Positions 45,802 to 54,142 of a stretch of 54,142 bases of DNA are shown here, one piece after another. The position numbers were made by a program, and so were the translations under genes. Below the pieces are notes generated by a model. It was given only the letters and a program-made list of their open reading frames with translations, ran no database searches and was not told the DNA's origin. The DNA comes from a virus (taxonomy: Duplodnaviria > Caudoviricetes): positions 1 through 54,142 of IMG/VR virus record IMGVR_UViG_3300007623_000010. One strand, given 5' to 3'. Numbering within the stretch: the stretch's first letter is position 1; the number at the start of each line of letters is the position of its first letter.

Positions 45802-46092
45802 ATGAAATTGATACGCGACAAATATGTACACATTATCCACCCAGATCGATTAGAGTATGCTCCGTCTAGTGTGTTAAAGGAAAGTCTTTTGATTGAAAAA
45901 ATTCAAGAAGAACTTGGAGAATTAAAGGAATCAGAATATACAGATTGTAATGAGTTTGCCGATGTTATAGAAGTCTTATATGCCTTAGCTAAAACCAAAG
46001 GTATTTCCGAAAAAGAAATAAACATTGCTCGTGAATTCAAAAATGACAAACGTGGTTCATTTGATGACGGTTTGATTCTAAAAGATGGATAG
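45802..46092 (+). CDS. MazG/PRA-PH-like pyrophosphohydrolase
   Basis: KLIRDK, KIQEELGE, EFADVIEV, KRGSF. Confidence 0.8.
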   Translation: MKLIRDKYVHIIHPDRLEYAPSSVLKESLLIEKIQEELGELKESEYTDCNEFADVIEVLYALAKTKGISEKEINIAREFKNDKRGSFDDGLILKDG

Positions 46093-46144
46093 ATTTAAAC
46101 AATTCTAAGATATAATTACCTTATAAAATTGTTTAGGACATCTA

Positions 46145-47650
46145 ATGATAGTACATAAATTAAACGAAAGTTACTCCGTTATTGACGCCGATCCTCAAAC
46201 GTTGAAAAACATGTTTGAGTACTTAAAAGTAGAAAGACCCGGCGCATATTTTGAACCCGCCGTGAAAGCTGGTTTCAAATCGCCTTATCAATACTTTGGT
46301 AACATTCAAAATAAAAAGCTCTTAGTGATGAATGGTCATTTAGATCTGCTTAGAGCTTTTGGCGTTGAATCTGAAGTACTAAAATCAGAATATCGTGAAG
46401 AATATATTGATGAGTATTTAAAAGATGTTAAGAATATTCTACCCTTTCCACCTTACGATTTCCAAGAGAAGGCGTTTAAAGAATCAATAATTAACGTTAA
46501 GCAAATAAATAAAATGTGTACTGGGTCCGGGAAATCGATGACAATTTCTTTGATCGCTGAATTTATGCGTAGAAATAAAAAGAAAGGACTTTTACTAGTA
46601 CCAAACATTAATCTATTAACACAGTTTAAAAATGACATCAAAGACTATAATCTTATTGACCTTTATAACGATACTCACACCATTGGTGGCGGTTCTTCTG
46701 ATAAACACTTTGGCTGCTCTTTAACCATATCTACTTGGCAATCAATGCAGAATTGGAAAGATGAGCTAGACAAACTTGATTACGTGATTACTGACGAAGC
46801 TCATCGCTTTGCTTCTGATGAAACCGCAGCGATCGTAAAAGAAACAGTCAATTGTCGATATAAATGGGGATTCACTGGAACTTTACCAGAAGATCCAATT
46901 ATGAAAATGGAACTTTTTGGTCTATTTGGATTGCCTAAAACATATATCACCAGTGCAGGCCTAATTGAACGTGGATTAGCTACACCCATAAAAATAAATA
47001 GTATAATCTTTAAATATAGTCAAAACGACAAAAACATTTTTAAAGAAAGTGGCAATTACGCGAAACAATTAAAGTTCATAAAAGAACACGAGCCTCGCAA
47101 CGAATTTATTGTCAATTTAACGACGAGACTCAGAAATGTCGGAAATACTCTTGTATTATTTCAACACACTGATCACGGTAAAGGGTTGTTTATCGATGTA
47201 ATGAATAAACTTTACCCCGATGTCGAAGTGCAAAATAAAGATATTACTGGAAAAAAATCTTTTGAGTTTCAAGAACAATATGGAGTATATTTCTTAAATG
47301 GTGAAGACGACGCCAAAACACGTGAGAAAACGAGACAAGTACTTGAAGGACATGAAGATGCTATTCTTATTGCAAACTTCGCTCTGCTTAGCACTGGTGT
47401 TAATATTAAAAAGTTGCACAATATGGTTTTAAGCTCACCGCTAAAATCTTATACTACTGTAACACAATCAATTGGCCGCGGAATGAGATTGCATAAATCT
47501 AAAAAAGAATTCGCCGTTTACGATTTAGTAGATGATTTTGGATTTCGTAAACCGGGTGGAATTTTTTACAAACAATATCAACATAGAAAAAATACAAGCT
47601 ATAATCCGGAACAATTTCCGGTCTATGAACGAGATTTTAACTTATTCTAA
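46145..47650 (+). CDS. uvsW: UvsW helicase
   Basis: PYDFQ, TGSGKS, LVPNINL..Q, ISTWQS, DEAH, GFTGT, STGVNIKKLHN, QSIGRGMR. Confidence 0.92.
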   Translation: MIVHKLNESYSVIDADPQTLKNMFEYLKVERPGAYFEPAVKAGFKSPYQYFGNIQNKKLLVMNGHLDLLRAFGVESEVLKSEYREEYIDEYLKDVKNILPFPPYDFQEKAFKESIINVKQINKMCTGSGKSMTISLIAEFMRRNKKKGLLLVPNINLLTQFKNDIKDYNLIDLYNDTHTIGGGSSDKHFGCSLTISTWQSMQNWKDELDKLDYVITDEAHRFASDETAAIVKETVNCRYKWGFTGTLPEDPIMKMELFGLFGLPKTYITSAGLIERGLATPIKINSIIFKYSQNDKNIFKESGNYAKQLKFIKEHEPRNEFIVNLTTRLRNVGNTLVLFQHTDHGKGLFIDVMNKLYPDVEVQNKDITGKKSFEFQEQYGVYFLNGEDDAKTREKTRQVLEGHEDAILIANFALLSTGVNIKKLHNMVLSSPLKSYTTVTQSIGRGMRLHKSKKEFAVYDLVDDFGFRKPGGIFYKQYQHRKNTSYNPEQFPVYERDFNLF

Positions 47651-47685
47651 TATATAATATTTTTTTCAGACAAAAAGAGGACATT

Positions 47686-47856
47686 ATGGATTTACAAGAA
47701 ATTTATGAAAAATACGACGAACGTGTAGATGAGCTTCGACAGATGCTAGGTGAAAGTGATGAATATGATCGTTTGTTGTATGAACAGATTGAAGTTCTTA
47801 CTGAGGTGTTAGAGGATATTAAAGAAATTCTTTTAAATGAAGGTTATGATTTTTAA
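47686..47856 (+). CDS. Small highly acidic helical protein, 56 aa (not in ORF track)
   Basis: MDLQEIYEKYDERVDELRQMLGESDEYDRLLYEQIEVLTEVLEDIKEILLNEGYDF; GAGGA RBS; own TTAA-N12-TATAAT. Confidence 0.7.
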   Translation: MDLQEIYEKYDERVDELRQMLGESDEYDRLLYEQIEVLTEVLEDIKEILLNEGYDF

Positions 47857-47859
47857 ATA

Positions 47860-47882
47860 AAAAGGGGAATTATTCCCCTTTT
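47860..47882. terminator. Bidirectional terminator between convergent genes
   Basis: AAAAGGGGAA-TTA-TTCCCCTTTT. Confidence 0.7.
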
Positions 47883-48073
47883 GTTCTTTCTATATATTCT
47901 TTAAACGTTTCGTTCAAACCGAGCATCTTCTTCAAAATTCCCGTTATATATGCGTAATCTTCTTCACGTCCAGATTCTTTAGCGATTTTCTTTGCTTTAT
48001 CCCATAATTTTTCTACTTCAGCTTCTGACTTCCCAGTTTTATCAGCGAAAGACTTCACTATATTCGACGGCAT
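47870..48073 (-). CDS. Small conserved phage late protein
   Basis: MPSNIVKSFADKTGKS..EVEKLWDKAK..YAYITGILKKMLG; GAGGA RBS; late promoter. Confidence 0.75.
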   Translation of the reverse strand: MPSNIVKSFADKTGKSEAEVEKLWDKAKKIAKESGREEDYAYITGILKKMLGLNETFKEYIERTKGE

Positions 48074-48093
48074 ATTATGTTCCTCTTTAGTTT

Positions 48094-48105
48094 TATTTAT
48101 AAATA
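48094..48105. promoter_or_regulatory. Overlapping divergent late promoters
   Basis: Palindrome TATTTATAAATA contains TATAAATA on both strands; another TATAAATA lies at 48165. Confidence 0.7.
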
Positions 48106-48193
48106 AGATTAAGATTAAGATATTGGTACATACAGTTCAATGAATTTAAGCAACAATATTGTATTATAAATAATTAGAAAATAGGAAACAATA

Positions 48194-48679
48194 ATGGGAT
48201 ATATTACAAGACCCGTTTATCAATTTGATGACGAAACAAGTACAGGCATCGATTCAATTCCATTGAATGAGTTGGTGCTTGTAGAAAGTTTGAATGGTTC
48301 TCCAACGATGTTTTATTACAACAACTCGACTAACGTAACTGAGACGTCGACTATTGGCGAAATTATCGGCGATCAAAAACGAGTTCTAGCTGGTGAAACA
48401 ATCGTAAGCATTGATGCTGATCATGATGCAAGAGATGGTGATTCAATTTTCGCCGATGCTACATCTGGTGCTATCACTATTACTCTGCCTGCTAATCCAG
48501 CTGTTGGTGTACGTGTAAGAGTATACGACGCGGCTAGTTCATTCACAGCAAATAACGTCACAATTGCTAGAAATGGCGAAACAATTATGGGTATCGATGA
48601 TGACATTCTTTTAGATGTCGATGATCAATCTATTGAATTAATCTACGCAAATAGCGATTGGAAGGTGTATAATGTCTAG
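48194..48679 (+). CDS. Tail fibre/baseplate-associated structural protein
   Basis: DATSGAITITLPANP.VG..V...D....F..NNVTIARNG..IMG..D...LIY...W module. Confidence 0.7.
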   Translation: MGYITRPVYQFDDETSTGIDSIPLNELVLVESLNGSPTMFYYNNSTNVTETSTIGEIIGDQKRVLAGETIVSIDADHDARDGDSIFADATSGAITITLPANPAVGVRVRVYDAASSFTANNVTIARNGETIMGIDDDILLDVDDQSIELIYANSDWKVYNV

Positions 48680-49031
48680 AAGATTACGTGAATTTATCAA
48701 AACAGAAGACGAAAATCTTTACAAACAAAATGGTGGTGGCATAGTAATTATTGACATAAATGTTTCAAACTACTACAAAGTCACGCTTGATCAAAATTTA
48801 ACAGTTACCTTTGTTCCTGGGACGCCGAATCAAATTAACGATTATGTTATTGAACTTGTTAATGCAGGCTCTTACGCTATTACATGGGATACACCAACTC
48901 AGATTAAATGGGTTCAAGTTGACGGAACAATGCAGAATGCTCCTAACACTTCTTTTAATAGTGATGGAACAAGTGATTTCGTTTTACTATTCGAATCAGA
49001 TGGAAATCTATACGGGAAGGTGCTTAGATAA
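48672..49031 (+). CDS. Tail-fibre-associated beta protein
   Basis: YYKVTL..N.TVTF, ELVNAGSYAITW..IKW..G..D...F..DG..YG module. Confidence 0.65.
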   Translation: MSRRLREFIKTEDENLYKQNGGGIVIIDINVSNYYKVTLDQNLTVTFVPGTPNQINDYVIELVNAGSYAITWDTPTQIKWVQVDGTMQNAPNTSFNSDGTSDFVLLFESDGNLYGKVLR

Positions 49032-49912
49032 TGAATGCAAAAATGTGGGCAATGTTTTATAAACTTGATGCCATAACTCGTGAAACATCTGCAACTACAA
49101 GCAGAACGTCAACGTGGTCAACTTCTTGGGAAACAATAGAGTCGCAAGTTAGCACATTCACTGACACTTCTTGGACTTCCCAGTGGAGTACTTCTGTGCC
49201 TACATCAAGAACAACTAGTTGGACGTCTATTATTAATTATAATCAGACAACGAGCACACCCACATCTAGAACAACCAATTATAATTCAAGTTATACGACT
49301 TCATGGACGACATCACAAACTACAAACACGTATGTTGTAAATGGCACAAACTTCTATGTTTCTAAACCGTATAGTGATGCTAGAGCGAATCTGGTTTGGG
49401 ACACTTATATTACTTATCTTCGTAGATACCCAGACCTTAATGGATGGTATTATTGGTACAACGTTGCGCCAGAAGAAGGCTCAACTCTAGTTCAAGCAAT
49501 AAAAAATGCGGCAGATCAGGATCTAGCCAGTTCAGGACAATCAACATTGCAGCTTTATTATAACAGTGCATACTGTGGGTCTACTGCAAATACATTTTTC
49601 GGATTGAGCTCAAAGTCTATTGACGGTGGCGCTTATCAACCATATTGTAGTATTACAACGTCATACAGCGCGTCTAGAACGACATCCGTTAATACGAGTT
49701 ACACCACGAATTGGACGTCAACATATATGACATATTGGACTAGTGAATTCCCAATGAGTAGAACAACATCTTATGATAGTGTTTCAACGCTAACTACAGA
49801 TAAAACAAGTACGACGACTAATATTATAAACAATTATATTACTACATCGCAATCAACTTCTAACGCAACTGATTGGATAAGTTATTGGAATACGGTCTGG
49901 GCAACGTCATAA
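49031..49912 (+). CDS. Thr/Ser/Trp-rich repetitive virion protein with a central globular insert
   Basis: Repeated TSRTT/TSWT units flanking YITYLRRYPDLNGWYYW. Confidence 0.7.
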   Translation: MNAKMWAMFYKLDAITRETSATTSRTSTWSTSWETIESQVSTFTDTSWTSQWSTSVPTSRTTSWTSIINYNQTTSTPTSRTTNYNSSYTTSWTTSQTTNTYVVNGTNFYVSKPYSDARANLVWDTYITYLRRYPDLNGWYYWYNVAPEEGSTLVQAIKNAADQDLASSGQSTLQLYYNSAYCGSTANTFFGLSSKSIDGGAYQPYCSITTSYSASRTTSVNTSYTTNWTSTYMTYWTSEFPMSRTTSYDSVSTLTTDKTSTTTNIINNYITTSQSTSNATDWISYWNTVWATS

Positions 49913-49938
49913 AAAAAATTTAAAAGAAGGAGAGAAGA

Positions 49939-50817
49939 ATGAAATTTGCTGAAAGAAGAATACAAGATAACGACAAGGCCTTACCAACGAAACGTTCGCA
50001 AGAACGTTTAAAATGGGCAAAAGAAATAGAAGAAACTGTGAGAGATCTTGCTCCGTTCCCAATCACATATGATGTAGATGCGAAACAAGATATTAATTTC
50101 TCTGAGTTTGCATATACAGAATTTATGAATGGTCTGTATCTAAAAACGCAAAACATTGAAATTAATGCGCGAGTAATGGATTTTGCTTATAAAGAGCCCG
50201 CCGAAAAAGATCTTGTTAAAGAACTGGAATCAATTGAAGATAAGTACGTTCAAGTTATTCCTGATATTGATATGAAAATGCCTGAGCACGTAGTATTCTT
50301 TGTTGGTCACAATATGTTCGATATGGTTGACAGAGATAAAGTCGCAAGAGCGGCATATGAAAATGATGGAAATTTTGCAATTAAATTGCATCCTTTAACT
50401 AACGATGAATATGCTGGTAAGTTAGCGAAAGTGGTTGGTTGGAATCACATTTTACCTCAGCAAGTATCTGCTGACTGGGTATTGAGAAACGGAAAGATCA
50501 TTTACATTACATCTGCAACTGAGATGGCTACAAAGGCAGTCATACATGATAAGGAAATCGTAAATGTGAGTGCGTTTGGTGCAGAAGCAAGTGGGTGCTA
50601 TTACGCTCTAAATAGAGTATATTTTGAAGCAGAAAAATATGGAATTACGAAACGTGAAGCTTTAAACAATATGCTAAACTGTAAATATTCAGGATTAATC
50701 CTTCCATTTATGGATGATGTTGAAGAAAGAATTAAAGCGTTTTACGATAAATCTCTTGAATTACGTGAAATTTATAAACCTATTTCACTTAAACTTACGA
50801 GAAACGTTAAACAATAA
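49939..50817 (+). CDS. Glycosyltransferase-like protein (capsule biosynthesis KpsS/KpsC-like GT-B region)
   Basis: IKLHP motif followed by IYITSATEMATKAVIHDKEIV, resembling the T.NS..G.EA...GK.V motif. Confidence 0.5.
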   Translation: MKFAERRIQDNDKALPTKRSQERLKWAKEIEETVRDLAPFPITYDVDAKQDINFSEFAYTEFMNGLYLKTQNIEINARVMDFAYKEPAEKDLVKELESIEDKYVQVIPDIDMKMPEHVVFFVGHNMFDMVDRDKVARAAYENDGNFAIKLHPLTNDEYAGKLAKVVGWNHILPQQVSADWVLRNGKIIYITSATEMATKAVIHDKEIVNVSAFGAEASGCYYALNRVYFEAEKYGITKREALNNMLNCKYSGLILPFMDDVEERIKAFYDKSLELREIYKPISLKLTRNVKQ

Positions 50818-50837
50818 TAATAATTAGGAGTTAAAAA

Positions 50838-51308
50838 ATGTTATACGGTAAACTTAATGAAGATGGTACGGTAAATCCGAATCTCATAACAGAGACAGAA
50901 CTTCGAGATTTGCATGCGCCGAATGTAACTTTGCCAGCTATGTTAAGTGCCGATGCGCTTGAGCCTCTTGGCTGGGTTATGGTGCCGCCCTATGAAGGTA
51001 TTATAGAGCAGCATCATGATAAAAGACCCGTTTGGTCTGTAACAAAAGACGAAGAAACTAACACATATAAACGTAGCTATGTTTACGAAAATTACGATGA
51101 GGAAACTGCTAAAGCTCGTTTCGAACGTAAACTTTCTGAAAACAGACAAAAGCGCGATTTACTACTATTCCAATCTGATTGGACGCAAGTAAATGATGCA
51201 CCTTTAACTGAAGAGCAAAAGACGGCATGGGCTGAATACCGCCAAGCGTTAAGAGACATCACTGCTGTTGCTGACCCATATCATGCGCAGTGGCCACAAA
51301 AACCATAA
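50838..51308 (+). CDS. Tail fibre assembly chaperone
   Basis: R..RD.LL..SDWTQ..DAPL....W..YRQALRDIT....WP..P. Confidence 0.85.
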   Translation: MLYGKLNEDGTVNPNLITETELRDLHAPNVTLPAMLSADALEPLGWVMVPPYEGIIEQHHDKRPVWSVTKDEETNTYKRSYVYENYDEETAKARFERKLSENRQKRDLLLFQSDWTQVNDAPLTEEQKTAWAEYRQALRDITAVADPYHAQWPQKP

Positions 51309-51320
51309 GGATAATTAAAG

Positions 51321-52628
51321 ATGGCGCAATACAAAACTAGAACTGGAAAAATGAGCCAAAGGAATGACGACGTCTTTGAAGTCGTCATGCTCGCGGATCA
51401 ATACGGAAAAATAACAAACACTACGCGAAGATATAGTTCTGATGCTTGGGGTAGGCCTAAGGCGGTTTTAGACGAATCATTATTCTCTTCTACTTGGACA
51501 TTTGGCATATCTGAAAGAATTTGGGAAGAATGGGCATATACTGAAGGTTCTGGATGGGCGCCACAAGTTGGATTCACAAATGCTGCATCAGAAGATCATA
51601 TGCTTACAGTTAAAAGCACTACTGTCCAAGGTGGTGGGTGCACAATTGCTTCAAAAGTGCATCCTAAGTATCAACCAAACAGAGGACACTTATATAGTAC
51701 TGCGTTAATTCATCCAAACGCAACTGATGTTGGTTTAACAAGATTTGGGTTAGGTTCACCTCAGGATGCATGTGCATTTGAAATTGAAGGTGACGGTGCA
51801 GATTGGGACATATTTGCGTTTAGAAGATATTCAGGTGTAACGGCAAATAGAGTATCAGTTAAAGATAAAATTCTTGAAATTTTCCCGGATTTTGATCCTG
51901 CAAAGGGTCACGTTTTTGATATTCAATTCCAATGGCGCGGTGTTGGCAATTATTATTATTTCGTTGATTTAGAATTAGTGTATACTGAAGAAGTTCTTGG
52001 AAGTAGAACAGAACTGTCAATGTCAGATCCTGCTCTTCAGGCGTTCTTTAGCACTTATTGTACCCAAGAAGGTGTTGAACGAATTGCTAAATTCGGGTGT
52101 GTCGATGTAACATCTGAAGGAGGAAACGGTCATAATAAACAATTTGGTTCTATTAACAGTGGCGATGCTCTATTATCAACAGGCAACCAAATCAGTACCG
52201 CTATGGTAGCATTACGTGTACCAAGATACATTAACTACGAGGGAGATCCTACTCATATTAACTCTCGTGGTGCAGTTATGGACATGTTAAATACGTTTTG
52301 CGATAAGGCATATCAAACAAAAGTTTGGTATTTTAGAGATACGACTGGAACAAATCTCGAAGGCTTAACTTGGACTACAAATCCAGATTCCGATTTAGGA
52401 ATGTTAACTGGTGGGATATCTTCTGATTTAGATATTGCATTCCAAGCCGACAAACCGAATGGTACGGTTATTCTTTCCGAGTTTGCGCAGTCTGGCGCTA
52501 AAACATCAATTAAAAATAATTCAACCAGTGCGGTCTTTGAGTTGACGCCTGGAGACATTATAGTATTCTCAGTAAAAAGTACTTCGGGTAATGCTGCTTG
52601 TACTGCATACTATTCTGAAGAAGTCTAA
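51321..52628 (+). CDS. Putative structural beta-sandwich protein
   Basis: DAWGRPK, YQPNRG, IQFQWRGVG motifs; lies in the late operon. Confidence 0.6.
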   Translation: MAQYKTRTGKMSQRNDDVFEVVMLADQYGKITNTTRRYSSDAWGRPKAVLDESLFSSTWTFGISERIWEEWAYTEGSGWAPQVGFTNAASEDHMLTVKSTTVQGGGCTIASKVHPKYQPNRGHLYSTALIHPNATDVGLTRFGLGSPQDACAFEIEGDGADWDIFAFRRYSGVTANRVSVKDKILEIFPDFDPAKGHVFDIQFQWRGVGNYYYFVDLELVYTEEVLGSRTELSMSDPALQAFFSTYCTQEGVERIAKFGCVDVTSEGGNGHNKQFGSINSGDALLSTGNQISTAMVALRVPRYINYEGDPTHINSRGAVMDMLNTFCDKAYQTKVWYFRDTTGTNLEGLTWTTNPDSDLGMLTGGISSDLDIAFQADKPNGTVILSEFAQSGAKTSIKNNSTSAVFELTPGDIIVFSVKSTSGNAACTAYYSEEV

Positions 52629-52692
52629 AATTCTTTAATTTTTTAACCTTCCTTTTGGTATAATACTCTTATATCAATTGGAAGGATTAAAA

Positions 52693-54027
52693 ATGATCTA
52701 CGAAATAATCAAAGAATTAAATTCCGATAATGGGTCAAACTATAAAATTGAAGTTCTAAAAAAACATAAAGATAACAAACTCTTCAAAGATGTGCTTGAA
52801 ATGACATACGATCGTGTAAAGTACACTTACGGCGTAACAAATGCGCAAATTGAAAAATTTACCCCAGAAGATATCGATTTGCCTCTCAATTTAGAATTTG
52901 CGCTGGCTTCTTTAAAAAGTAATCTTTGCACTCGTAAATACACTGGCCACGCGGCACTTCAGCTTGCTGCTAATCTTCGTCACAATTTATCGAACCATGG
53001 CGACAAAATCGTTTTCGATCTAATCATTAATCGTGATCTTAAAGCAAATATTGGCAAAACAATAATCAATAAGGTGTTTAAGGGACTAATAACAAAGCCA
53101 GTGTACATGCGATGCGACACATATAATCAAAAAACAGCTAAAAATATTTCTTATCCTGCTCTAGTGCAATTAAAGGCCGATGGAACATATCGTGAGTTTA
53201 CTGTAGAAAACGGAAATGTAACTGCTAGATCAAGAAGTGGAGAAGAGTATGAGTATCCAATTCTATTCAACGCATTGAAGTTCTACCCAGATGGAGTTTA
53301 TGTTGGCGAACTAACTGTTCGCGGTCACAAAGATCGTGCTAAAGGTAATGGTTTAATAAATAGTGATAATCCACCCCATGACGACATTATGCTCGATCTA
53401 TGGGATATGATTTCATTAGAAGAATATGCCAAAGCCGCGAAAAAGGACAAGAAAGATCCATGTACAACACCTTACATGGAGCGTTGGACAGAATTAAATA
53501 CTGTTGAATTTAATTTGCCGCATAAGAATATTCGCATCATTGAAGCATTTGTAGTCGAAAATCTTCAAGAAGCGCTAGAAGCAACTTCTAACTGGATGAA
53601 CAGTGGATACGAAGGCGCAATATTAAAAGATACTAGCGGGGTATTCAAAGATGGGACAAGTAAACAACAGCTTAAGCTTAAATTGGAAATCTCTGCTGAG
53701 ATGCGATGCACTGGATTCCAAGAAGGCACAAAGGGAACTAAGCGCGAAGGAAAGGTCGGAAGTATTATATTCTCAAATGATGAAGGTACAATCAAAGGTA
53801 AATGTTCCGGATTCACTGATAAAGAGTTGGACTTCTTCACTGAGAAACAGGATGAACTCATTGGAAAAATAATGGAAGTTCAGTTTAATGACTTAACTAA
53901 AGCCGAACATAACGATTTCTATGCTCTATCACATCCGAGATTTATTGAGTGGAGAGACGACAAAAACGAAACTGATACCTTAGAAAAGGTGTTCAAGCTA
54001 CGTGAAATGGCGATGGAGCTGTCTTAA
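52693..54027 (+). CDS. 30: ATP-dependent DNA ligase (gp30)
   Basis: QLKADG, SRSG, VGEL, LWD, YEGAILK, KLK, SGFTD, HPRFIEWRDDK. ATG at 52693 follows AAGGA. Confidence 0.93.
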   Translation: MIYEIIKELNSDNGSNYKIEVLKKHKDNKLFKDVLEMTYDRVKYTYGVTNAQIEKFTPEDIDLPLNLEFALASLKSNLCTRKYTGHAALQLAANLRHNLSNHGDKIVFDLIINRDLKANIGKTIINKVFKGLITKPVYMRCDTYNQKTAKNISYPALVQLKADGTYREFTVENGNVTARSRSGEEYEYPILFNALKFYPDGVYVGELTVRGHKDRAKGNGLINSDNPPHDDIMLDLWDMISLEEYAKAAKKDKKDPCTTPYMERWTELNTVEFNLPHKNIRIIEAFVVENLQEALEATSNWMNSGYEGAILKDTSGVFKDGTSKQQLKLKLEISAEMRCTGFQEGTKGTKREGKVGSIIFSNDEGTIKGKCSGFTDKELDFFTEKQDELIGKIMEVQFNDLTKAEHNDFYALSHPRFIEWRDDKNETDTLEKVFKLREMAMELS

Positions 54028-54142
54028 TGAACTATCAAAAGCTTTCTAAGGATCTTTTTGAAGAACACCGAGAACTAATAAGACTAAGAGCTTATCTTAA
54101 TGCAAAAGAAAACAAAATTCTCAACCTTAGAAAAAAAGTTGA
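54027..54142 (+). CDS. Hypothetical protein (5' part, runs off the window)
   Basis: TAATG overlap with the ligase stop; MNYQKLSKDLFEEHRELIRLRAY... Confidence 0.55.
   Translation, partial: MNYQKLSKDLFEEHRELIRLRAYLNAKENKILNLRKKV

Noticed and set aside
48105-48121. AAGATT tandem repeat
   Set aside because: Under three copies in AT-rich DNA; compatible with chance.
520-53872. Numerous short antisense or alternate-frame ORFs in the track (e.g. 520-789, 5485-5835, 10508-10798, 27495-28061, 36600-37031, 53565-53861)
   Set aside because: They lie within well-supported genes, lack RBS or motifs, and have shadow-ORF composition.
1-54142. tRNA genes or stop-codon reassignment
   Set aside because: No cloverleaf was recognised in the short intergenic gaps by eye (tRNAscan not run). 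Core genes are full length under the standard code, and TAA, TAG and TGA are all used as stops.

Overview
A 54-kb, AT-rich, gene-dense segment of a large T4-like myovirus genome. Gene style and content suggest a relative of the Campylobacter-type T4-like phages; that relationship and the host are inference. The replication module comprises a split gp43A/B polymerase, gp41, gp61, gp32, gp44/62/45, RNase H, UvsW, a UL9-like origin helicase, topoisomerase II and DNA ligase. Morphogenesis genes include gp17, gp15, a gp23/24-like paralog and tail-fibre-associated genes. Four accessory systems stand out. (1) A cytosine hypermodification locus joins dCMP hydroxymethylase and alpha-glucosyltransferase to a second truncated TS-fold enzyme, an atypical C5-methyltransferase-fold protein and two nucleotide pyrophosphatases; the DNA-acting members share an acidic-Trp C-terminal tail with the polymerase. 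(2) A late operon of apparently capsid-targeted enzymes encodes a Pol-beta-type nucleotidyltransferase, a ligase-HIGH-NTase fusion and a PD-(D/E)xK nuclease. (3) A ParM-like actin is preceded by two paralogous adaptor-like proteins and an operator-like inverted repeat. (4) A Thr/Ser/Trp-rich virion protein sits next to a glycosyltransferase-like gene. Three promoter classes can be read directly: GTTTAC..TATAAT (early), TATAAATA (late) and a TTAA-N12-TATAAT class before replication genes. All family assignments are from motif recognition by eye; no searches were run. No tRNA, rRNA or CRISPR array was recognised.
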